A stretch of 64,000 bases of DNA. Origin: an uncultured Bacteroidales bacterium (GTDB taxonomy: Bacteria; Bacteroidota; Bacteroidia; Bacteroidales; SZUA-534). Below, in pieces: positions 37,826 to 47,261 of the stretch. The notes under the pieces are model-generated. The model searched no databases and had not been told where the DNA came from. It saw only the letters and a list, made by a program, of their open reading frames with translations. The position numbers and the translations under genes were made by a program. The stretch is taken from positions 137,384 through 201,383 of the forward strand of contig CADASL010000002.1 in assembly GCA_902790595.1 (NCBI GenBank), in the 5' to 3' direction. How positions within the stretch are numbered: the stretch's first letter is position 1; the number at the start of each line of letters is the position of its first letter.

Positions 37826-38716
37826 TCACTTGTTTCTCTCCCACATTTTCCGGGCCTTTTCGGCCAGTGTGTTGCGGAGCCACTCGGGAGCAACCACCTC
37901 AAGTGTGTCGCCGTTGCGGAGCAATTCCTGAATGAAATCGTAAGTGGGGCGCACCCGCAAGGTGAAGATGCTGTAGTCGTCGTGGCGCTCCGCCTCTTCC
38001 TGCGACGGGTGCAGCGGCAGCGAGCGCAGATAGTTGGCCTGACTGGCATCGACCTTCAGCCGCACAGTCTCAATCTTGCAATCGTAATCGAGAATTACAC
38101 CAAAGCTTCCGCGGAAATAAACTTTGGGGTCGAAATCTTTTGGATGGGTGAACTTTTTATTAGTCAGATTGATGCCGATGATACGGTCGAGGCTGTAGAT
38201 GCGGATGTTATCGCCGCCCGTTCCATAATCGTTTTTGCCAACCACATACCAACGCTGCTTGAACAATTTTACGCAATAGGGTTTCAGACTGAAAGATTTC
38301 TCATCGTCGCTGCCGAAACCTTTATGCGTGACTTCCAGCACTTCGCCTTCCTTCATCGCCTGCAGAATAGTGGCCAGAAATGTCTGGCTCGACGGAATGT
38401 CCTCAAGCAGAATGCGGTCGCTGAGCGATTTGTTGTCGAGCAGCGTGTCGTTCACCGACATTGCGTCGAGCAGCCAACGATGGAATTCATCCATATCATT
38501 ATCAAGATAATAGGTGTATCCGCCTTTGGTGGCGCACTCAATGTTGATGTCGAGCATATCCTCAACGGCATCCTTCCAATCGCAGAAGGTGCGGCGCGGC
38601 AGCGTGTCTTGAAAACGGTCGAAGTAGCGTTGCTGTATCTCTTTGAGTGTTATGCGTTTGGCTTCGTATATTGTCCTGATAAGCCAGAAATATTTTGCGT
38701 ACTGATTAAGCGCCAT
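37826..38716 (-). CDS. WYL-domain transcriptional regulator
   Basis: 296 aa with an N-terminal wHTH-like region. The central segment LKPYCVKLFKQRWYVVGKND is the WYL signature, followed by a C-terminal WCX-like region. Confidence 0.75.
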   Translation of the reverse strand: MALNQYAKYFWLIRTIYEAKRITLKEIQQRYFDRFQDTLPRRTFCDWKDAVEDMLDINIECATKGGYTYYLDNDMDEFHRWLLDAMSVNDTLLDNKSLSDRILLEDIPSSQTFLATILQAMKEGEVLEVTHKGFGSDDEKSFSLKPYCVKLFKQRWYVVGKNDYGTGGDNIRIYSLDRIIGINLTNKKFTHPKDFDPKVYFRGSFGVILDYDCKIETVRLKVDASQANYLRSLPLHPSQEEAERHDDYSIFTLRVRPTYDFIQELLRNGDTLEVVAPEWLRNTLAEKARKMWERNK

Positions 38717-38758
38717 TTTTTAAAAGTTAAGTTTTTGAAGTTCTGCAATGTAGTTCGA

Positions 38759-38766
38759 CAAATGTA
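38759..38766 (-). promoter_or_regulatory. Candidate -7 promoter box (TACATTTG) for the WYL gene
   Basis: Minus-strand TACATTTG lies 42 nt upstream of the ATG at 38716. Confidence 0.45.
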
Positions 38767-38828
38767 AAGATTATTCCCGAAAAGGGGAATCTCGGATGTG
38801 CAATATGCGCGCACAAGGTAGGATTTTT

Positions 38829-38868
38829 GAAAAAAAATGAGCAAACCGCATCGCTGCATATTTGCTCA
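38829..38868 (-). terminator. Rho-independent terminator after the sigma/anti-sigma pair
   Basis: On the minus strand, a TGAGCAAA..TTTGCTCA stem (8 bp) is followed by T8. Confidence 0.65.
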
Positions 38869-38924
38869 CTAAACAATTCAGGCGCCAGAAGCTCGGGTTA
38901 GACGACGCTGTCCGGTCCTTGCCC

Positions 38925-39245
38925 CTACTCTTCCACATACACCGCGCTGTCGGCGTAGCTTGGCGCGAAATCGATTTGTACGGCGGCGGGCTGAGGCACT
39001 GCCACCGTATCAATCACAGTTCCGGCAGTTGGAGCACCAGGCTGGGCATCGCCGGTTGAGAGCCAGGCGGCCCCCACGCCCAGCAGCAGTGCCACCGATG
39101 CGGCGGCAAGCCAAACGCGGCGGTTCGATGAGCGGCCGCTGACTTGTTGTTCAACACGTTCCCATACCGATTCGGGCACTTCAGCAGAGTGGTTCTCAAG
39201 GCCGCTCTTAAAAATCTTGTCGATGTTGTTCGTAGTCATAATCAA
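38925..39245 (-). CDS. Putative membrane-anchored anti-sigma factor (small)
   Basis: 106 aa with a single TM (VWLAAASVALLLGVGAAWL). It is immediately downstream of the ECF sigma gene. Confidence 0.5.
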   Translation of the reverse strand: MIMTTNNIDKIFKSGLENHSAEVPESVWERVEQQVSGRSSNRRVWLAAASVALLLGVGAAWLSTGDAQPGAPTAGTVIDTVAVPQPAAVQIDFAPSYADSAVYVEE

Positions 39246-39260
39246 TCAACTAACAAATAA

Positions 39261-39827
39261 TTACACATTCTTCCGGCGGCTGCCGTAAAGGGCTTCCACC
39301 TTCTCTTGCAACATACATCGCGCGCGCGACAGGTTCGATTTCGATGTGCCTTCCGAGATGTTCAGCATCTTGCTAATCTCCTGGTGCGAGAACCCTTCGA
39401 TGGCGTAAAGGTTGAACACCGTGCGATACTGCGGCGTGAGCTGCTGCACCATCTGCATCAGCTCGTTGCTCGAAATAACGCTCAACACGTCGTCGGGCGA
39501 AAGCTGCGTATCGTATTCGGCAATGTCGGACACGGCGCAGAGCTTGCTCTCGCGGCGGTAGTGCGTCAGTGCGCAGTTGACCACCACCCGGCGAGCCCAC
39601 CCCTCGAACGAGCCCTTGAAGTCGAATTGCCCGATTTTCGTGAAAATCTTCACAAACCCATCCTGCAAAATATCCTCGGCCTCGGTCCGATTGCCGGCAT
39701 AGCGCAGGCACACACCGAAAAGCTTGGGCGCCAGCAGTTTGTAGAGTTGCTGCTGAGCGGCGGTACTTTTCTTCTTGCATAGCCTGACCAGTTCGTCGAA
39801 ATCAGTTCCAGTCATTTCAAATTTCAA
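39261..39827 (-). CDS. RNA polymerase ECF-type sigma-70 factor
   Basis: 188 aa. Region 2 is EAEDILQDGFVKIF and region 4 is EGFSHQEISKMLNISEGTSKSNLSRAR. Confidence 0.85.
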   Translation of the reverse strand: MKFEMTGTDFDELVRLCKKKSTAAQQQLYKLLAPKLFGVCLRYAGNRTEAEDILQDGFVKIFTKIGQFDFKGSFEGWARRVVVNCALTHYRRESKLCAVSDIAEYDTQLSPDDVLSVISSNELMQMVQQLTPQYRTVFNLYAIEGFSHQEISKMLNISEGTSKSNLSRARCMLQEKVEALYGSRRKNV

Positions 39828-39859
39828 TCAGTTGCGTTAATATGACTCTGCGGGGTAGC

Positions 39860-41362
39860 CTAAGGTTGCGCGGAAATGTTTTTTTTCTGCAAAATCCACA
39901 ATCCGGCAAACGTGAGCGCCCCATTTATAATAAGTAGTTCGTAACCCATTTTGTAGCCGTTGAGCAGCATCGGCGCAAGCCTGTTGAGCACAATGCAGAT
40001 GCACGGCGACACCACCGCCACAATCCACACCCAGCGGTCGCGGACAGTTTTTTTGGTGAACAGTCCGAAAGCGTAGAGCCCCAGCAGCGGGCCGTAGGTG
40101 TAGCCCGCAATGGTGTAGATGGCACTGATGACGCTGCGGTCGTTCAGGCGGTTGAAGATGATGATGACCACCGCAACCACCGCCGCAATGGCAATGTGGA
40201 CGCGCTTGCGGAGCCGCGTCTGCCCATCGGGCGAAAGATTGCGTTTTTCAATTTCAAGAATATCGATTGAGAAGGCCGTGGTGAGTGCGGTGAGCGCCGA
40301 ATCGGCCGACGAATAGGCCGCCGCCACAAGCCCCACGACAAAGAAAAGCGCCACCACCTGCGGCAGATAGCCCTGCGTGGCGAGCATCGGATAAAGGTTG
40401 TCGGTCTGCTCGGGAATGGCTATTCCGTTGCGGCCAGCAAAGATGTAAAGCATCGCGCCAAGCGCCATAAACAGCAGATTGACAGGTATGAACGAGAATC
40501 CGTACCAGTACATATTCTTTTGAGCGTCTTTCAGATTGCGGCAGCTCAGGTTTTTCTGCATCATATCTTGGTCGAGCCCGGTCATCACTATCACAATGAA
40601 AATTCCGCTCAGGAACTGCTTCCAAAAGAAGGTTTTCTCTTTCGGGTTGTCGAAGAACCAAAGGCGCGAATAGTCGGAATGGTAAATCTCGCTGACAACA
40701 CCGCCAAAGCTCAGTCCGAGCGAGTTTTTGACAGCTATAATAGTGATTACCAGTGCCGAAAGCATAAACAAGGTTTGCAATGTGTCGGTGAAGACGATGG
40801 TGCGGATGCCGCCTTTGAAAGTGTAGAGCAGAATGAGCACCATTATGGCCACCACAGTGAGTTCGAACGGAATGCCCCACGCATCAAAAACCGCCAACTG
40901 TAAAACGCTCACCATCAAGAACAAACGGAACGAGCAACCGATGACGCGGCTCAACAGGAAAAAGGCCGAGCCGGTTTTGTACGACGTGCGCCCGAAACGG
41001 TTTTCGAGATAGGTGTAGATGCTAGTCAGATTATATTTGTAATAGATTGGCAACAAGACTTTTGCGACAATCCAATAGCCGAAGAAGAAGCCTATGACCA
41101 TCTGCATATAGGCGAACTGATTGAACCCAACTTCGCCCGGCACAGAGATAAATGTGACGCCGGAAATGCTTGTGCCAATCATCCCGAAAGCCACCAAATA
41201 CCAAGGCGAACGGTGGTTGCCAATGAAAAACGACTCGTTATCGGCCTTGCGCCCGGTGAAATATGAAATGCCAAACAGTACGGCAAAATAAGCCAGTAAT
41301 ACTATTATAATAAGTGTCGGTGACATAAAAACGTTGTTTTCGGCAAAGCTATTGTTTTTCAC
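39860..41362 (-). CDS. Sodium:solute symporter family transporter
   Basis: 500 aa and polytopic with an SSS-like pattern. The true start may be the internal ATG 12 codons downstream. Confidence 0.75.
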   Translation of the reverse strand: MKNNSFAENNVFMSPTLIIIVLLAYFAVLFGISYFTGRKADNESFFIGNHRSPWYLVAFGMIGTSISGVTFISVPGEVGFNQFAYMQMVIGFFFGYWIVAKVLLPIYYKYNLTSIYTYLENRFGRTSYKTGSAFFLLSRVIGCSFRLFLMVSVLQLAVFDAWGIPFELTVVAIMVLILLYTFKGGIRTIVFTDTLQTLFMLSALVITIIAVKNSLGLSFGGVVSEIYHSDYSRLWFFDNPKEKTFFWKQFLSGIFIVIVMTGLDQDMMQKNLSCRNLKDAQKNMYWYGFSFIPVNLLFMALGAMLYIFAGRNGIAIPEQTDNLYPMLATQGYLPQVVALFFVVGLVAAAYSSADSALTALTTAFSIDILEIEKRNLSPDGQTRLRKRVHIAIAAVVAVVIIIFNRLNDRSVISAIYTIAGYTYGPLLGLYAFGLFTKKTVRDRWVWIVAVVSPCICIVLNRLAPMLLNGYKMGYELLIINGALTFAGLWILQKKNISAQP

Positions 41363-41446
41363 AATAAGTGCGGTTCGGAAACAGCAAAATCAAAAAGCGC
41401 AAAAAAATATAATCCGCCACTTGTGGAATAGTCCTTGCTTTTCGTT

Positions 41447-41454
41447 TATATTTG
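41447..41454 (+). promoter_or_regulatory. Candidate -7 promoter box (TATATTTG) for recR
   Basis: TATATTTG lies 21 nt upstream of the ATG at 41475. Confidence 0.45.
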
Positions 41455-41474
41455 AGAAACAAAAAAACGGGAAA

Positions 41475-42095
41475 ATGCAACAACTACCATCGCGACTGCT
41501 AGAAAACGTGGTGAACGAATTCGGGAAACTGCCGGGCATCGGCAAAAAAACGGCGCTTCGGCTCACGCTGCACCTGCTGAACCAACCCAACGAGGAGGTT
41601 GAGTCGTTTGTATCGGCCATCAGCCAGATGAAAACCGACATTATGATTTGCCCTGAATGTCACAACATTACAGAGGCCGAAGGGCTGTGCGGCATCTGCG
41701 CCGATGAGCGCCGCGACCATTCGCTAATCTGCGTTGTGGAGACCATCCGCGAGCTGATTGCCATTGAAAACACCGGCCAGTACCGCGGCATTTACCACGT
41801 GCTGGGCGGCCGAATATCGCCGATGGACGGCATCGGGCCGAAAAATCTGAACATCGACAGCCTTGAGCGGCGGATGCAGGAAAGCACCATTGCCGAGGTG
41901 ATTCTGGCCACAAGCACCACCATCGAGGGCGACACCACCAACTTCTACCTCTACCGGCGGCTCAGTCCGTTTGGGGTGCCAATCACCACGCTGGCGCGAG
42001 GGTTGTCGGTGGGCGATGAGTTGGAATACACCGACGAAATCACTCTCGGACGCTCGATTTTGAACCGCGTTCCGTACAGTTCAGTCAAAAGCTGA
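41475..42095 (+). CDS. recR: Recombination protein RecR
   Basis: Has [17 protein letters not shown] (HhH), a C4 zinc finger [17 protein letters not shown], and Toprim. The ATG at 41475 is preferred over the track start at 41334. Confidence 0.9.
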   Translation: MQQLPSRLLENVVNEFGKLPGIGKKTALRLTLHLLNQPNEEVESFVSAISQMKTDIMICPECHNITEAEGLCGICADERRDHSLICVVETIRELIAIENTGQYRGIYHVLGGRISPMDGIGPKNLNIDSLERRMQESTIAEVILATSTTIEGDTTNFYLYRRLSPFGVPITTLARGLSVGDELEYTDEITLGRSILNRVPYSSVKS

Positions 42096-42231
42096 CGCGA
42101 TAACAATCTGACTGACAGCGCGATTAAAGAATTAAACGGCCGACTGTATCACGAATTGACTAAATATTTATATTGCAACTACAACTTTAAAACTCAAACT
42201 TTAACACGAATAACCCAAAAACCAAACTCAT

Positions 42232-43239
42232 ATGGAACTATCGGACAAAATAAAATACTGCACCATCTGCCGGAACTCAAAACGCGACATTGAACGCGGC
42301 ATTGTGTGCGGACTAACCAACGAAAAGCCGGCTTTCAACAAGCATTGCGCTGATTTACAAGCCTCGGCTCACGACATTGCCGAGCTCGAGGAGTCGATGA
42401 TAGGCGGCTCGCAGAAATCCGCCATAAAAATTATTACCGCACTCATAATAGTGGCGTTTGGCATTGCTATGGGCATTATGTGGCTGATTCACAGCTACGA
42501 AGCCAACAAAGCCGAACAGGCCGCCCAAGCCGCCAAGCAGAAAATCGAGGCTTTGGATGCTCTTTTGAAAGCAAAAATGGCCACTCTGCCGCAAACCATC
42601 GGTGAGGGAATCACAATGGACAGCATCTGCCTGAAAAAGAAATACGTCAGTGTTATGCTCTCTTTGTCAAACACTTACATTCAAGATTATCCGGACGACC
42701 GGCTGATTTGCGAGTCGAAGTACCGCCACTGCGAGATGCTTAAACACCTCCGCAACGAAGACCCGGAGCTGCTCAAGACTTGTCTAAACGATTCTCTGCA
42801 AATAAGATACGCTTTCCGCGAATCGACAAAATTTCCTATTTACACCATTGTCATCCACCCCGACGACATAAATAAAGCACTGAATACAAAGGAGCCTTTC
42901 CGCTGTCCGCGAAAGGATGTAGACCGTGCCTTACGCTCTGAGACTAAGCAACTTCCGTATGATGTTGTGGACAGAATCCAACTGTCGGCCATAAAACCCG
43001 ACTACGCCGCCAACACTCTGAAACTGAATGTGCGGATGCGTCGCAAAGTCAAAACCGACAAGGCTTCGCTCACCAAAATTGTTGAAAATGAGCTTTGGAA
43101 AAATGTAAGTGACTTTTATTCGGTGCGGATGATGATGCTGAACGAAGGAATCATCGATTTCCGCTTTATCGGCACCGACGACCGGCTGCAAGAATCAATA
43201 ACAATTGGTCCCGATTTCTACCAAAAAAGCAAAAGCTGA
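42232..43239 (+). CDS. Membrane protein with N-terminal Cys-rich (zinc-ribbon-like) motif, unknown function
   Basis: 335 aa. It has CTIC-x12-C-x14-HC, one TM (ITALIIVAFGIAMGIMWLI), a short coiled coil, and an uncharacterised C-terminal domain. Confidence 0.55.
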   Translation: MELSDKIKYCTICRNSKRDIERGIVCGLTNEKPAFNKHCADLQASAHDIAELEESMIGGSQKSAIKIITALIIVAFGIAMGIMWLIHSYEANKAEQAAQAAKQKIEALDALLKAKMATLPQTIGEGITMDSICLKKKYVSVMLSLSNTYIQDYPDDRLICESKYRHCEMLKHLRNEDPELLKTCLNDSLQIRYAFRESTKFPIYTIVIHPDDINKALNTKEPFRCPRKDVDRALRSETKQLPYDVVDRIQLSAIKPDYAANTLKLNVRMRRKVKTDKASLTKIVENELWKNVSDFYSVRMMMLNEGIIDFRFIGTDDRLQESITIGPDFYQKSKS

Positions 43240-43242
43240 CCG

Positions 43243-44013
43243 ATGAAAATCTTTGTTATCGGGTCGGGGAACGTGGCTACACACCTGTCGTGCGCGATGC
43301 TCAAGGCCGGACACACAATTGTCGGAGTGTGCGGGCGCAACTTCGGGCACACCCAGGAACTCGCGAAAGCGCTGAATGCCAAACCGTTTGACAACATCAG
43401 CCAGATACCCGCCAACGCCGACATCTATCTTATCAGCGTAAGCGATGACAATATTGCCGATGTTGCCGCTCAGATGCCTGACGTTGAAGGCGTTGTAGCG
43501 CATACTGCCGGAAGTGTTCCGATGAGCGCACTGAGCCGTTTCAGCAGCCACGGGGTGCTTTATCCGCTGCAATCGTTCAGCAAAAGCCGAAAAATCGATG
43601 TCAGCCGTGTGCCTTTCTGCATTGAAGGCAACAACGAGCAAACAGCCGAAACACTTACCACCCTCGCCCGCTCATTGAGCAACGATGTGCGCCCGATGAC
43701 AACCGCACAACGCGCGCAACTGCACATTGCCGCAGTGTTTGCCAATAACTTTGTCAACAGTATGTATGCCGAAGCCGAAACAATTCTAAAAAACAGCGAC
43801 ATACCTTTTGATATAATGCGCGAACTGATTGCCGAAACGGCCTCCAAAGCCGCAGAACTCGGTCCCGTGACAGCGCAAACCGGTCCCGCCCGACGTGGAG
43901 ACTCAAAGGTGATGAGCCGCCAAATGCAATCGCTGCCCGACGCTGAGTTGCAAAAATTGTATAGTTTTGTGTCGGAAAGGATTCAAGGCAGATACAAGCC
44001 GAGCAGAAACTAA
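43243..44013 (+). CDS. Rossmann-fold / DUF2520 domain protein
   Basis: 256 aa with N-terminal MKIFVIGSGNVATHL (GxGxxA) and a DUF2520-like C-terminal half. Confidence 0.7.
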   Translation: MKIFVIGSGNVATHLSCAMLKAGHTIVGVCGRNFGHTQELAKALNAKPFDNISQIPANADIYLISVSDDNIADVAAQMPDVEGVVAHTAGSVPMSALSRFSSHGVLYPLQSFSKSRKIDVSRVPFCIEGNNEQTAETLTTLARSLSNDVRPMTTAQRAQLHIAAVFANNFVNSMYAEAETILKNSDIPFDIMRELIAETASKAAELGPVTAQTGPARRGDSKVMSRQMQSLPDAELQKLYSFVSERIQGRYKPSRN

Positions 44014-44051
44014 GACGGCCGCATTTGCCAGAGAATCAAAAATTTACACAA

Positions 44052-44579
44052 ATGGCAAATTTCAAGGAAGATTTGATGAAAGTGAAGGCGTTTGCCTTCG
44101 ATATTGACGGTGTCTGCACCGACGCCACAATGATTTGTCTGGCCGACGGCCAGCAGGTGCGCCAGTCGAACACCCGCGACGGCTTTGCGCTGCGTTTCGC
44201 CCACGAGCAGGGCTACCCCATCGCCATCATCAGTGCGGGCAAGAACAACGCCGGAGTAGTGAAACGCTTTGAAAGCCTCGGCCTCACCGACCTCTACATC
44301 GGCAGCCTGGCAAAAGTTCCGGCCTTCGACGATTTTCTGAAACGCCACAACCTGACCGACGACGACGTGCTCTATATGGGCGACGACGTGCCCGACTACC
44401 CCATTCTGAAACGCGCCGGTGTGCCAACCTGCCCCGCCGACGCCGTGAACGACATCAAACCGTTTGTGAAATACGTGTCGGACCTCAACGGCGGCCACGG
44501 CTGCGTGCGCGATGTGATTGAGCAGGTTCTGCGCGCCCAGGGCCGATGGGTGAATTTTGAGACGGAGAATTTTCTGTAA
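44052..44579 (+). CDS. kdsC: HAD-IIIA phosphatase, probable KDO 8-phosphate phosphatase
   Basis: Has the FAFDIDGVCTD and YMGDDVPD motifs and is about 175 aa. The ATG at 44052 is preferred. Confidence 0.7.
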   Translation: MANFKEDLMKVKAFAFDIDGVCTDATMICLADGQQVRQSNTRDGFALRFAHEQGYPIAIISAGKNNAGVVKRFESLGLTDLYIGSLAKVPAFDDFLKRHNLTDDDVLYMGDDVPDYPILKRAGVPTCPADAVNDIKPFVKYVSDLNGGHGCVRDVIEQVLRAQGRWVNFETENFL

Positions 44580-44596
44580 AAAAAATCAGGCACGCT

Positions 44597-45568
44597 ATGT
44601 ACAAATATCTATCGATAATACGATGGCCGAACCTGTTGATTGTGCCGTTCACAATGATTCTGATGCGCTACTGCATCATCAAGCCGATACTCGACTATCA
44701 GTATTCGATTCAGCTGGGCGAAATTGTATCTCTGCAATTGTCAGGCTTTTACTTCACTATTCTGATACTGATTAACGTGCTGCAAGGCGCCGCCGGATAT
44801 GTCATCAACGACTATTTCGACCGCCGGATTGACACCATCAACCGTCCCGACAAGGTGATTGTGGACCGCACGCTGCCACGCCGGCACGCCATAATCTACC
44901 ACTCCGCACTCAACGCGGCGGCCATTTTGCTTGCGGCGGTATTTGCGTGGCATTTCGGCCGAATATCGATACTTCTTTTCTACCTGATGATTTCAGGATT
45001 ATATTGGTTATATTCAACCACTTACAAAAAACAATTACTTGTCGGCAACATTGTTGTGGCACTAGTAACCGCCTCAATACCAATACAAGAAGGCATTTTT
45101 GAGTGCGCCGAACTGACTCGCGCATACGGATTCAGCATAATAGCCAACGGCTTGACTTTCAAACCAATATTATATTGGACCGCGGGATTCGCATTTTTCG
45201 CCTTCCTCACCAACCTTATCCGCGAGATTGTAAAAGATATGGAGGACGTTGAAGGCGACTGCTACTGCGGCTGCGACACTCTGCCCATCCACTTCGGAAT
45301 GCGAATATCGAAGATTGTTGTTGTGTCGCTCTTTTTGCTTATGATAGCCTGCCTGTTAGCCGTATACCAGTTGTTTCTGCACGACTTTCTGACACTTATC
45401 TACATTGCCGCGCTTCTGATTGCCCCCGCCTGCGCCGCCGCATTTATGACCATCCGCGCAAGCGAGGTGAAGCATTACAAGCGAATCAGCACACTTATTA
45501 AAATAGTAATGGTGCTTGGCGGACTGTACTCGGTTCTGGCACGAGAGATTATGCAGTTTGTGGTGTGA
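44597..45568 (+). CDS. UbiA-family prenyltransferase (archaeal DGGGP-synthase-like subgroup)
   Basis: 323 aa and polytopic. It has the Asp-rich motif GYVINDYFDRRID and a second motif REIVKDMEDVEGD. Confidence 0.75.
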   Translation: MYKYLSIIRWPNLLIVPFTMILMRYCIIKPILDYQYSIQLGEIVSLQLSGFYFTILILINVLQGAAGYVINDYFDRRIDTINRPDKVIVDRTLPRRHAIIYHSALNAAAILLAAVFAWHFGRISILLFYLMISGLYWLYSTTYKKQLLVGNIVVALVTASIPIQEGIFECAELTRAYGFSIIANGLTFKPILYWTAGFAFFAFLTNLIREIVKDMEDVEGDCYCGCDTLPIHFGMRISKIVVVSLFLLMIACLLAVYQLFLHDFLTLIYIAALLIAPACAAAFMTIRASEVKHYKRISTLIKIVMVLGGLYSVLAREIMQFVV

Positions 45569-45570
45569 TT

Positions 45571-45634
45571 GAAGGATTGAATGCGTGAAGGATCGAAGGA
45601 TTGAAGGCGCGAAGGATTGAATACGTGAAGCCTT
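45571..45634 (+). repeat. Octamer tandem array, 8 x 8 nt (GAAGGATT family)
   Basis: Reads gaaggatt|gaatgcgt|gaaggatc|gaaggatt|gaaggcgc|gaaggatt|gaatacgt|gaagcctt. It starts 3 nt after the UbiA stop codon. Confidence 0.8.
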
Positions 45635-45656
45635 GCAACTTTTTCTAAAAAAAATA

Positions 45657-45664
45657 TATTTTTG
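45657..45664 (+). promoter_or_regulatory. Candidate -7 promoter box (TATTTTTG) for the YebC-family gene
   Basis: TATTTTTG lies 40 nt upstream of the ATG at 45704. Confidence 0.4.
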
Positions 45665-45703
45665 CGCCGTCAAAAAAATAACAAAATCTAAACAGAACAC
45701 AAT

Positions 45704-46414
45704 ATGGGACGCGCGTTTGAATACCGTAGAGCTGCCAAAGAGAAACGCTGGGGACATATGTCGAGGATGTTCCCGAAATTGGCGAAACAAATCACTGCCG
45801 CCGCAAAAGAGGGCGGAATGGACCCCGATATGAACCCGAAACTGAGGACCGCCATCCAGAACGCCAAAGCCGAGAATATGCCGAAGGACAACATCGATGC
45901 CGCCATCAAACGTGCTGCCGGCAAGGATGTTGACGCATACACCGAGGTGAACTACGAGGGCAAAGGCCCCCACGGAGTGCTGATTTTTGTCGAGTGTATG
46001 ACCGACAACACAACACGCACGGTGGCCAATGTGAAATCGTACTTCAACAAGCACGACGGCGGGTTGGTCCCGACAGGCTCGCTCGAGTTTATGTTCTCGC
46101 GCAAGGCTGTGGTTGAGTTCGAGAAAAAGCCCGACCTCAACCTCGAAGACCTTGAGCTTGAGCTGATTGACGCTGGTTTGGAGAGTTTCGACGTTGACGA
46201 GAACACCGTTTACGCTTACGCTGAATACACCGAATTCGGCAACCTCACCCAGGCCATTGAGAAGGCTGGAATCGAGATTAAGAAAGCCACTCTGCAACGT
46301 TTCCCGCAGAATCCGGTTGAGTTCACCGAAGAGCAGATTGCCGACATCGACAAGCTGATTGACAAACTTGAGGAGGACGACGACGTTCAGGCCGTTTACA
46401 CCAACATCGCCTAA
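45704..46414 (+). CDS. YebC/PmpR family DNA-binding regulator
   Basis: 236 aa starting [16 protein letters not shown] with the characteristic YebC pattern. Confidence 0.9.
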   Translation: MGRAFEYRRAAKEKRWGHMSRMFPKLAKQITAAAKEGGMDPDMNPKLRTAIQNAKAENMPKDNIDAAIKRAAGKDVDAYTEVNYEGKGPHGVLIFVECMTDNTTRTVANVKSYFNKHDGGLVPTGSLEFMFSRKAVVEFEKKPDLNLEDLELELIDAGLESFDVDENTVYAYAEYTEFGNLTQAIEKAGIEIKKATLQRFPQNPVEFTEEQIADIDKLIDKLEEDDDVQAVYTNIA

Positions 46415-46437
46415 CGCCAATAGCGGCAACGCATACA

Positions 46438-46472
46438 AGCCGTTTCTCAACACCAGGGAACGGCTTTTTTTG
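46438..46472 (+). terminator. Rho-independent terminator after the YebC-family gene
   Basis: An AAGCCGTT..AACGGCTT stem is followed by T7. Confidence 0.7.
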
Positions 46473-46611
46473 TGCCACGCTGTTTTTTTTGCATTTTTTC
46501 AAACAAGCAGTGCAAAAACATTCATAATTAATTCATAACTTTAAGCATCGATTTTTGACGGGAGTGGCGTTGCCCCCGCCAGCCAAGTTTTTTTTTAAAG
46601 GTACGCAAGCG

Positions 46612-47127
46612 ATGAACACCGAAGGCAAAACACCGGAAGAAGTCTTTTTTGAGAGCTTCAACTACAAATTGTCATCGTTTTTTCACGATGACTACACCGA
46701 AATCGACAGCATCGAGACACCGGCCACATTTATGATTGTGTACGAGAAGAAACTCGGTCAGAAGGAGTTCGGATTGTTCAACCGCCTGCAATTCCGCATC
46801 TTCTACGACAAGGAGATAATAACCGGCGACAACCCGGTCAACGTCAAGCTGCTGGGCGACGACAGCTACTCGGCCGAATCGGTGATGGCTCTGGCCAAAG
46901 AGATTGGCGAGATTTTCGGACTCGACGATTCTGGCACCTGCAGCAACGCCGACATCAGTTTCTACAATGCCGATGAATACGACCTTTTCTGGACCATCGG
47001 CGACGGCGAGAGCTTCATCAGCATTGAGCGCGACGCCAAAGAAGGTCTGTCGCTCAACATCCTGTTCTACAACAACTTGGTCGGGCACAATGTTGGCGAC
47101 CTGCTGAAACCCGAACGGACGGCGTAA
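46612..47127 (+). CDS. Hypothetical cytoplasmic protein (171 aa)
   Basis: ORF track. The ATG at 46612 is preferred. It has no signal peptide and I recognise no motif. Confidence 0.45.
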   Translation: MNTEGKTPEEVFFESFNYKLSSFFHDDYTEIDSIETPATFMIVYEKKLGQKEFGLFNRLQFRIFYDKEIITGDNPVNVKLLGDDSYSAESVMALAKEIGEIFGLDDSGTCSNADISFYNADEYDLFWTIGDGESFISIERDAKEGLSLNILFYNNLVGHNVGDLLKPERTA

Positions 47128-47132
47128 GGGAC

Positions 47133-47185
47133 GTTTTTAAGTTTTAAGTTTTCGGAGTTTTAAGTTTTAAGTTACCTTGGTTTTG
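47133..47185 (+). repeat. 7-8 nt tandem array, AAGTTTT family
   Basis: The exact 12-mer AAGTTTTAAGTT occurs at 47139..47150 and 47162..47173. The array begins 6 nt after the stop codon. Confidence 0.75.
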
Positions 47186-47261
47186 AGGACGATTATCCGG
47201 CACTTTGCCCGTTGTGCCTTAAGCCTTTTTGCCTTTTAATGGTCTTTTTCCAAAAAAACTA

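Noticed and set aside
45356-46453. 365-aa minus-strand ORF spanning the UbiA 3' end, the octamer array and the entire YebC gene.
   Set aside because: It is antisense to two well-supported genes and reads straight through the tandem repeat (..SRIQSFAPSILRSFTHSILQS..). It is a shadow ORF, not a gene.
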